Shown in pieces: positions 8,215-14,865 of a DNA stretch of 56,415 nucleotides. The notes under the pieces are model-generated. The model was not told the origin of the DNA and searched no databases. It saw nothing but the letters and a program-made list of their open reading frames with translations. Position 1 is the first letter of the stretch. Each line of letters starts with the position of its first letter. The translations under genes were made by a program, and so were the position numbers. This DNA is from Francisella tularensis subsp. holarctica. Its GTDB lineage: Bacteria; Pseudomonadota; Gammaproteobacteria; Francisellales; CACEW01. The DNA is taken from contig CAMCUU010000005.1 in the NCBI GenBank assembly GCA_945879065.1, positions 1 through 56,415 on the forward strand, in the 5' to 3' direction.

Positions 8215-8685
8215 CTAAATCACGCCGCGTTTGACGCCCTGATAAATCAATTCAGTCATTTTGGAGCAGCCCCATTTGGACTTCATATGGGCAATATAAT
8301 TTTCAACCGTTCGGTGGGAAATTTTTAAATCCTCGGCGATTTTTCGAGAGGACCCACCTTGAGATAATAATTTCAAACAAGCGAATTCTGTCTGGGATAA
8401 ATCAGCAGAAAAGATGGGCTCGTCAGGTTTTTTTGCGGGTAGGTCATAAAAGTCAGGCAGTCGAAATAATCCGCGCTCAGCTTCTTGAATTAAGCCCATG
8501 GCTCGATCGACAAAGCTTTGTTTAAATTGAGTTAAGAAGTCTAAATTTCTTAAATAAAATGCATTAATAGCCTGGCTATCTGCTGTGGAATAAAAACCAA
8601 CAAGCTCTTTTTGAGATAAAGATTTTCGAGTCGCTTTGGCATAACGCTTTGCCGGTCAATGAAAATTTGAGAATTTTTCAAACAT
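8215..8685 (-). pseudogene. LuxR/FixJ-type HTH regulator with an in-frame TGA at codon 10. Alternatively a shorter 94-aa protein starting at Met 8499.
   Basis: The C-terminal HTH reads LSQTEFACLKLLSQGGSSRKIAEDLKISHRTVENYIAHMKSKWG. From ATG 8685 the frame reads MFEKFSNFH-TGA(8658-8656)-PAKRYAKATRKSLSQKELVG... and continues in the same frame into the tracked ORF. Confidence 0.55.
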
Positions 8686-8704
8686 AGGGCTTGCCTAACA
8701 TGAC

Positions 8705-8790
8705 ATCGTCTCTCCCCTTTGCGGCCGTCGCCCCCTCTCTGTCCTTCGGCTCCGCCTTCAGGCCTGTCTCTCCCTCAAGGGGAGAGACGA
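8705..8790. mobile_element. Internally deleted copy of the MITE-like element that retains both termini
   Basis: 8705-8724 is atcgtctctcccctttgcgg, the left terminus. 8731-8790 is ccccctctctgtcc...ggcctgtctctccctcaaggggagagacga, a complete right half. Confidence 0.7.
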
Positions 8791-8829
8791 AATCAAAAAA
8801 GGTTTCGAAAGAGCTCTATTGATTTATCT

Positions 8830-9462
8830 CTAGGGACTATTAGGCCTTGCTGATCCTTTGGCCTTGCTTGAATCCGATTGATCCAAAGATTTAACGGGGC
8901 CTTTAGCGCCTGGTCCTGGGCTGTGCAAGGGTTCTGGTTCTTGAAGCGCTGAAACTTTTCCAGCGGGCTTAGGCGTGGGGCTGTCATGACCTAAAGTTTT
9001 ATCAGCCCATTGGATAAATTTTTCGGCGAGCGGTTTCGCAATACGACCTAAGATAGGTTTTTCTTGAATCACCTGATCGGCATGTTTTAAAAAAGTTTCT
9101 GCCAGCGTTTTTAAATGCTTCGTGGCATTGTAAGTGTCGCCCTGATTAAAACAGGCAGTAGCCTGATTCATAGTTTCGACAATGGCTTGTTTCTCTTTGG
9201 GGTCAGTAATGACTTGATCTAGCCCCAAATGTTTCGCGGCAGTATTAAAACTTTCCATGCTCATAGGGACTGCTCTGACAGAGGATTCGCCTTGGGGAAA
9301 GGCTGGAACACCGAAAAGTAAGCGTGCAAAAAACTCAAGCAAGCGTTTTAAAGTATTTTCAGATTGTTCTTGAAGGGCGAGATCTGCATTCTTAGCGGCT
9401 TCTTTTAGTTCTTTATTCTCAGTATTTTCAGTATTTGCAGGTTTCACGGGGTTTTCTCTCAA
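8830..9462 (-). CDS. Hypothetical protein with a helical N-terminal part and a Pro/Ser/Lys-rich C-terminal tail
   Basis: 210-aa ORF whose only available start is TTG. I recognised no motif. The tail reads PTPKPAGKVSALQEPEPLHSPGPGAKGPVKSLDQSDSSKAKGSARPNSP. Confidence 0.4.
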   Translation of the reverse strand: MRENPVKPANTENTENKELKEAAKNADLALQEQSENTLKRLLEFFARLLFGVPAFPQGESSVRAVPMSMESFNTAAKHLGLDQVITDPKEKQAIVETMNQATACFNQGDTYNATKHLKTLAETFLKHADQVIQEKPILGRIAKPLAEKFIQWADKTLGHDSPTPKPAGKVSALQEPEPLHSPGPGAKGPVKSLDQSDSSKAKGSARPNSP

Positions 9463-9608
9463 TAGCTATGGGTTCTGGCCTAGTAAAAAAGAGCCCGAAA
9501 ACTAAGAGAAGGTTTTGCCAAAGTCAATTTTAAAATAGCTGCCTGTAGGGAACAAATAAACTGTCCGGGTTAAGAGCATTTAAAAAAAATTAAAAAAATC
9601 AGAGCGCT

Positions 9609-10076
9609 TTAGTTCATCCCTTTCATCGGTACTGGTTCAGTGATGCCAGATACTTGGGGTAAAAAACTTTTCAGTAATTCCATGGGGGTATAAATCGGAA
9701 GTTCTGCTTTTTTAAATCCCTGAATATCTCGTGTGACCAGACCATGAGCCCCGGCTTGCACGGCTGATTGATATAAAATAGCGTCTTCAAAATCTGAAAA
9801 GCTGGTATTAACAGCCTGCTCTAAAACCACACGATTGATGGGGGCAACTTCAAATAACTGTAATAACCGACTGATGGAATTTTTTGCAGAGGAAGCGCCC
9901 AGGACTTTAGTTGCAAGATAAAAAATGGTGGTGACTGTGGTTGCAGCGATTAAGCCCTGTAATTGCCCAGTTTCAAGAGCGATAAATAATTCACTGGCGG
10001 CAGCCACAAAGGGCTCCCTGGCTAATAAAACATCCAAGATGACGTTTGTATCAAACATGATTTTTATTACTTTCAT
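9609..10076 (-). CDS. vapC: PIN-domain toxin (VapC family)
   Basis: PIN-like N terminus MFDTNVILDVLL with an acidic residue. It shows ATGA start/stop overlap with the upstream small gene. Size about 150 aa. Confidence 0.75.
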   Translation of the reverse strand: MKVIKIMFDTNVILDVLLAREPFVAAASELFIALETGQLQGLIAATTVTTIFYLATKVLGASSAKNSISRLLQLFEVAPINRVVLEQAVNTSFSDFEDAILYQSAVQAGAHGLVTRDIQGFKKAELPIYTPMELLKSFLPQVSGITEPVPMKGMN

Positions 10077-10342
10077 AAGTATTTCTTTTCCAGGTATTGC
10101 TGGTAATTATTTTTATCTATTTTGGATTTAGATTTGGATTGAGAATCCACTTTTAAAATCCCTTGAAGGGCTTGAGTGATGGGCGGCAATTCAGAGGATT
10201 TCTTAATGCTGGAATCTTGATTTTGTAAGGCTTGAAAATAATCAGAAACTATTTGAGACAAAGATTTTCCCGTGGTTTCAGCATAAATCTTTGCCCCTTC
10301 AATTAAGGCGCTTTCAAGTCGAAGAGTTAATTTAGTTTGCAT
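10073..10342 (-). CDS. Antitoxin partner of VapC (RHH-like N terminus)
   Basis: 89 aa. The N terminus MQTKLTLRLESALIEGAKIYAETTGKSLSQIVSDYF resembles a ribbon-helix-helix. A 4-nt overlap with vapC indicates translational coupling. Confidence 0.65.
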   Translation of the reverse strand: MQTKLTLRLESALIEGAKIYAETTGKSLSQIVSDYFQALQNQDSSIKKSSELPPITQALQGILKVDSQSKSKSKIDKNNYQQYLEKKYL

Positions 10343-10362
10343 ATTACGCTCTAGGGCTCTAG

Positions 10363-10393
10363 TTGACGTACTGTATTTAAATATTAATACGTC
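10363..10393. promoter_or_regulatory. Inverted repeat TGACGTA-N17-TACGTCA about 20 bp upstream of the antitoxin start; candidate VapB operator/promoter
   Basis: Perfect 7-bp arms at 10363-10369 and 10387-10393 flank an AT-rich spacer. Confidence 0.4.
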
Positions 10394-10584
10394 ATTCGGT
10401 AGGAGTCAATTGTTTTTAATGATGAACTGGGCCCCGGCCTCCGCCGGGGTGACGTAAAGTTCTTTGAATTTTTTTTATCTTTTTATTGATAAAAAATCCC
10501 TCTGCGCGCTTTTTAAAAATTGCGAGAACTATAAAATCCGCGGCTGTTTTTTATAGTTATTTTTTATAATTATTTTTAGAGGGT

Positions 10585-11853
10585 GTGAAAATTAAACCAT
10601 TAAAAATCTTATTAGTTTTTGGGACCCGTCCTGCGGCTATCAAAATGGCCCCCGTGGTCAAAGCCTTAAAAAATTCTGGAAAATTTAAAGTCGTGGTTTG
10701 TGTCAGCGCCCAGCATCGTCAGATGTTGGATTCTGTTTTAGAAGTTTTTGAGATTCAGCCTGATTATGATTTAAATATCATGAAGCCGGGTCAGGATTTG
10801 TTTGATATAACAACGGAAGTTTTATTAAAAATTAAGCCTGTTTTGCTGCAAGAAAAGCCCGATTGTGTCTTGGTCCAGGGGGATACGTCGACGGCGATTT
10901 CAGCGTCGCTTTCAGCATTTTATTTAAAAATTCCCGTGGGACATATTGAGGCTGGGTTAAGAACCTATCGACATGATTCGCCGTGGCCTGAAGAATTAAA
11001 TCGGCAAATAGTCGGGCGAATAGCCCAATATCATTTTGCGCCGACGGTTTTATCTGAGAAAAATTTATTATCTGAAAATTTAAATTTTAAAAATATTTTA
11101 ATCACTGGAAATACGGTGATCGATGCGTTGTTACAAGTCTGTGAACGACTGGATCAAGATAAAATCTTTGCAGAGAAAACTAGATTAGAGCTATTAAAAA
11201 ATTTCCCCCTCTCTGCTCAAATCGGCCCAGCCTCTTTGAGCTGTCTCTCCCGCGAGGGGAGAGACGATAAGCAGGGCGCTAGAAAATATATTTTAATCAC
11301 GGGGCATAGACGGGAAAATTTTGGACAAGGGTTTTTAAATATTTGCGAAGCTTTAAAATATTTAGCCCAGAAATATAAAGATTTTGATTTTATTTACCCA
11401 GTCCATTTAAACCCTAATGTTCAAGAGCCGGTGTTTAAATTATTGGGAGATTTAAAAAATATAATTTTAATCCCACCTTTGGATTACGCGCCATTTATAG
11501 ACCTTATGAGACATTGTTATTTGGTCATGACAGACAGTGGCGGGATTCAAGAAGAGGCGCCGTCTTTAGGTAAACCCGTGATTGTTTTAAGAGATACGAC
11601 TGAAAGACCCGAAGCGATAGACGCTGGGACGGTGAAATTAGCAGGGACGTCTTTTGAAAATATGGTGTCTTACGTGTCTGAATTAATAGATAACCCAGAA
11701 CTTTATCAAACCATGTCGCGGGCCATTAATCCCTATGGAGATGGTTATGCGGCCGAAAGAATTACTAATTATTTAAGTGAGCAATTATGTCTATCTCCAG
11801 TTCCAGTCTCTCAAGAAAACTCCCCAGAGAATTGCCCTCAGTCTGTGTTGTAG
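10585..11853 (+). CDS. wecB: UDP-N-acetylglucosamine 2-epimerase (non-hydrolysing) carrying an in-frame repeat insertion
   Basis: Motifs: FGTRPAAIKMAPV, VQGDTSTA, HIEAGLRT, ITGHRRENFG, TDSGGIQEEAPSLGKPVIVLRDTTERPE. GTG start. Confidence 0.9.
   Translation: MKIKPLKILLVFGTRPAAIKMAPVVKALKNSGKFKVVVCVSAQHRQMLDSVLEVFEIQPDYDLNIMKPGQDLFDITTEVLLKIKPVLLQEKPDCVLVQGDTSTAISASLSAFYLKIPVGHIEAGLRTYRHDSPWPEELNRQIVGRIAQYHFAPTVLSEKNLLSENLNFKNILITGNTVIDALLQVCERLDQDKIFAEKTRLELLKNFPLSAQIGPASLSCLSREGRDDKQGARKYILITGHRRENFGQGFLNICEALKYLAQKYKDFDFIYPVHLNPNVQEPVFKLLGDLKNIILIPPLDYAPFIDLMRHCYLVMTDSGGIQEEAPSLGKPVIVLRDTTERPEAIDAGTVKLAGTSFENMVSYVSELIDNPELYQTMSRAINPYGDGYAAERITNYLSEQLCLSPVPVSQENSPENCPQSVL
11205..11268 (+). 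mobile_element. Right-half repeat module inserted in frame within wecB
   Basis: Sequence ccccctctctgctcaaatcggcccagcctctttgagctgtctctcccgcgaggggagagacgat, translated as PLSAQIGPASLSCLSREGRDD. It is GC-rich against the AT-rich host gene. Confidence 0.8.
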
Positions 11854-13028
11854 GGCTAGGTTATATCGGCTTACCCACCGCGGCGGTTTTAGCGCAAGCG
11901 GGCTTTGATGTTCACGGCGTGGATATTAATTCTAAGGCTGTGGAAATTATTAACGCGGGGAAGATTCATATTGTCGAGCCAGATTTATTAGCGCTGGTAT
12001 CAGAAGTAGTTAAAAATAAAAAACTAGTCGCCAGTTTAAAGCCAGAAGTCTGTGATATTTATATTATTGCGGTCCCCACGCCGTTTTATCATGAGAGCGA
12101 AGGGGGAAATAAAAAACCCAATATTGAATATGTACTCTCAGCAACTCAATCCATTGCAAATTTAATTAAACCCGGTGATTTAATTATTTTAGAGTCGACC
12201 TCTCCAGTGGGAACGACTGAAAAAATGGCGGATTTATTAGAATCTCTGGGCGTGGATATTAATAAAATTTATTTAGCCCACTGTCCTGAAAGAGTCTTGC
12301 CTGGAAAAATTTTATATGAGCTGGTTCACAATGATCGAATTGTTGGTGGAATTAATCCTGAATCCACTGAGAAAGCCTGTGAGTTTTATCAAATTTTTGT
12401 GAAGGGCGAAGTGTTAAAAACCAATGCCAGAACGGCTGAGCTATGCAAGCTGTCTGAGAATGCTTATAGAGATGTGAATATCGCCTTTGCCAATGAGCTA
12501 TCCATGGTTTGCGAAGATTTAAAAATAGATGTCTGGGAATTAAGAAAATTAGCCAATCATCATCCGAGGGTAAATATCTTAGAGCCCGGTTGTGGCGTGG
12601 GTGGGCACTGTATCGCTGTAGATCCTTGGTTTATTGTCGATGCGTCAGATAAAGCGAAATTAATTAAAACCGCGAGGGAGCAAAATCTGGCTAAGACAGA
12701 TTGGGTAATAAATAAATTAAAACTAGAAATAGAGAAAATTAAAAATTTAAATTTAAAAAATAATAAAAATAATATTTCTGTGGCGTGTTTAGGCGCGAGT
12801 TTCAAACCCAATATTGATGACACACGAGAGTCTCCAGCAAAAATTATTATTGATGCCATGAAAGATCTGGGGGTGAATGTTTTAGTCGTCGAGCCCAATT
12901 TAAATTTTCTAGAGGGTTATGAATTAGTGGGGCTGGAGCAGGCTTTAAGTCAGGCGGATATCTCTGTGAAATTAGTTTCTCATCGAGAATTTGAAGGGGT
13001 GAGCTGTGATATTGAGGCAGTGGGTTAG
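11787..13028 (+). CDS. wecC: UDP-N-acetyl-D-mannosamine dehydrogenase
   Basis: Motifs: VVGLGYIGLPTA, CPERVLPG, GVGGHCI (catalytic Cys), FKPNIDDTRESPA. ATG 11787 gives a 67-bp overlap with wecB and a Ser-rich leader. A later TTG at 11832 is also possible. Confidence 0.85.
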   Translation: MSISSSSLSRKLPRELPSVCVVGLGYIGLPTAAVLAQAGFDVHGVDINSKAVEIINAGKIHIVEPDLLALVSEVVKNKKLVASLKPEVCDIYIIAVPTPFYHESEGGNKKPNIEYVLSATQSIANLIKPGDLIILESTSPVGTTEKMADLLESLGVDINKIYLAHCPERVLPGKILYELVHNDRIVGGINPESTEKACEFYQIFVKGEVLKTNARTAELCKLSENAYRDVNIAFANELSMVCEDLKIDVWELRKLANHHPRVNILEPGCGVGGHCIAVDPWFIVDASDKAKLIKTAREQNLAKTDWVINKLKLEIEKIKNLNLKNNKNNISVACLGASFKPNIDDTRESPAKIIIDAMKDLGVNVLVVEPNLNFLEGYELVGLEQALSQADISVKLVSHREFEGVSCDIEAVG

Positions 13029-13065
13029 ATATTTATTAATCAATATTTTGTAAAAACATGAAAAT

Positions 13066-13098
13066 TTTGCGTCGCATTTGCGTCGCATTTGCGTCGCA
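13066..13098 (+). repeat. Three tandem 11-bp units TTTGCGTCGCA
   Basis: Read directly, with perfect units at 13066, 13077 and 13088. The array lies between wecC and the AlbA_2 gene, about 60 bp upstream of ATG 13161. Confidence 0.9.
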
Positions 13099-13160
13099 AA
13101 TATTTTTAAGTTAAGCTGTTTTTGGTTTTAAATTGCTTGATTATTTGCTGGAGGCCGCCC

Positions 13161-14507
13161 ATGAAAAACATTGAAAATTCTATAAAAATCAAAATGTTAA
13201 TACAAGAAGGCGAGGGCTATAAATTAGAATTTAAAGAAAAGCTAAGTGGCCTAGATAGGGAGATCGTCGCATTTGCCAATGCGTCTGGGGGAAGTATTTT
13301 TATTGGCATTGCGGATGATGGTGAAATTAAGCCCATTGAGATTACGAATAGTTTAAAAAGTCAGATTCAAGATATTGCACATAACTGCGATCCCAGTATT
13401 CGGATTAATTTGCTTAGTTATATTTCTGAAGGTGTTTTAGAAGTCCAAGTAGAAGAAGGCGTGGATAAACCCTATCGCTGTCGTGATGGTTTTTTTCTTC
13501 GGAATGGCCCCAGTGCACAGAAACTTCGTCGTGATGAAATATTGGATTTGCTGACACAGAAAGTTCGTTGGGATGAATTATTAAATTCCAAATTTTCTTA
13601 CCCGAAAGATTTTTCTAATAGTCATTTTGATGATTTTTTAAAACTGGCCAATATTCAAATTAAAGCGCCTAGAGAAGAAATTTTATTAAGCTTAAATGCC
13701 GCGGAATTAAAAGGCGAAGAAATTAGGTTCACCAATGCGGCTGTGTTGTTATTTGCTAAAGAACCTCAGAAATTTTTTCCAGAAAGTTATATCACTTGCG
13801 TGAAATATCAGGGGCCTGATCGATTTTCTATTGTTGATAAAAAAGATTTTATGGGTGGTTTAGTAGGCCAGATTGAAAACAGTTTGGATTTTATCGCTCG
13901 TCATATCAGTGTTGGTCTGAGTATTAGCCCTGGAAAAAGCCGGCATATCAAAACAGAAGAGTATCCCATGGTTGCCCTTCGAGAGGCTTTAATTAATGCC
14001 GTGACACATCGGGATTATTTATACGACGGCTCGCATATTTATGTGCATATTTTTTCAGATCGGATTGAAATTGAAAATCCAGGAGGACTCTGTCATGGCA
14101 TGACTGAAGATTTTTTAGGAAAGCGCAGCGTTCGTCGGAATAGATTGATTGCTGATTTTTTACACCGTGCAGGTTATATAGAGCGAGTGGGTAGTGGGTT
14201 TTCTCGCATGGAGCAGGTCTTAAAAGAAAACAACAATCCAGATTTTAAAGTCAGCACGACGAATTTTTTTAATATTTGTTTTTATCCCAGAGTGAAAAAT
14301 ACGAATATTTTAAATTTAACCCAACGCCAGCAAAGGCTTTACCAGTATTTTTGTGAGAAAAATAATTTAACTCAAAAAGAAGTCTCTGCCGTGTTAGAGG
14401 TCGGCGCTGATACGGCTATTCGAGATTTAAAAGTCTTAGTGACTGAAGGATTAATTAAGAAGGTCGGTATTGGAAAATCGACGGTGTATGAGTTAAATAT
14501 GAATTAA
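13161..14507 (+). CDS. AlbA_2 (Schlafen-like divergent AAA) plus HATPase_c_4-type ATP-binding, DNA-binding protein with a C-terminal wHTH
   Basis: EGYKLEFKEKLS...IVAFANASGGSIFIGIADDGEI is an AlbA_2 signature. ALREALINAVTHRDY...IEIENPGGL...RRNRLIADFLHRAGYIERVGSGFSRM is a RecG-C-terminal-like ATPase region. ATG 13161 follows GGAGG, so I prefer it to the tracked TTG at 13122. Confidence 0.7.
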   Translation: MKNIENSIKIKMLIQEGEGYKLEFKEKLSGLDREIVAFANASGGSIFIGIADDGEIKPIEITNSLKSQIQDIAHNCDPSIRINLLSYISEGVLEVQVEEGVDKPYRCRDGFFLRNGPSAQKLRRDEILDLLTQKVRWDELLNSKFSYPKDFSNSHFDDFLKLANIQIKAPREEILLSLNAAELKGEEIRFTNAAVLLFAKEPQKFFPESYITCVKYQGPDRFSIVDKKDFMGGLVGQIENSLDFIARHISVGLSISPGKSRHIKTEEYPMVALREALINAVTHRDYLYDGSHIYVHIFSDRIEIENPGGLCHGMTEDFLGKRSVRRNRLIADFLHRAGYIERVGSGFSRMEQVLKENNNPDFKVSTTNFFNICFYPRVKNTNILNLTQRQQRLYQYFCEKNNLTQKEVSAVLEVGADTAIRDLKVLVTEGLIKKVGIGKSTVYELNMN

Positions 14508-14573
14508 GAAAGTAAATTTTATTTTACTTTTTTTGTGATAATTACTTTTTAGTAAAATATATTTAACTTTCGG

Positions 14574-14797
14574 ATGGAAAAGCGATGTAACAGAACCTTC
14601 GCCTTAATTGGCAAGCACTTGTCGAAGAAGCCGTAAGGCGCAGAAAAAGTCAGGGAATAACACAGCATGAGTTAGCCCTTTTTGTGGGTTTGAGTAAGCC
14701 GACGGTGAATAATTTTGAGCAGGGGAAAACTAAAATTAGCTTGGAAAATGCTTTAAAAATTTTGCATGTGCTGGGTTTGAGTGAGAATTTGAGTTAG
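14574..14797 (+). pseudogene. XRE-family HTH gene interrupted by an apparent 1-nt deletion (frame change at about 14604-14608)
   Basis: ATG 14574 reads MEKRCNRTFAL. The -1 frame then reads NWQALVEEAVRRRKSQGITQHELALFVGLSKPTVNNFEQGKTKISLENALKILHVLGLSENLS*. One extra A in ttaAatt would join the two into a 74-aa HTH protein. The second frame has no canonical start of its own. Confidence 0.55.
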
Positions 14798-14865
14798 TAA
14801 AAAAATAAAGCAATTAGATTGCTGAAATTAGTAAATTAATAATTTAATTAAAATTGGAAAAAATA

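Noticed and set aside
8793-8987. 64-aa minus-strand ORF overlapping the 3' end of 8830-9462
   Set aside because: It is a shorter alternative frame within the longer ORF, with no independent support.
9925-10131. Plus-strand ORF across the vapC/vapB junction
   Set aside because: It is antisense to a translationally coupled toxin-antitoxin pair and is hydrophobic and low-complexity.
12710-12775. The Lys/Asn-rich stretch in WecC (KLKLEIEKIKNLNLKNNKNN) as an inserted repeat
   Set aside because: The segment length matches the variable inter-domain connector I recall in WecC/UDP-sugar dehydrogenases. It appears to be AT-driven compositional drift, not an insertion.
12560-12898. Minus-strand ORF inside wecC
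   Set aside because: It is antisense to a gene with clear UDP-sugar dehydrogenase motifs.
13058-13114. An 18-codon mini-ORF (MKILRRICVAFASQIFLS) as a leader peptide
   Set aside because: It is generated by the tandem repeat itself. There is no RBS and no supporting context.
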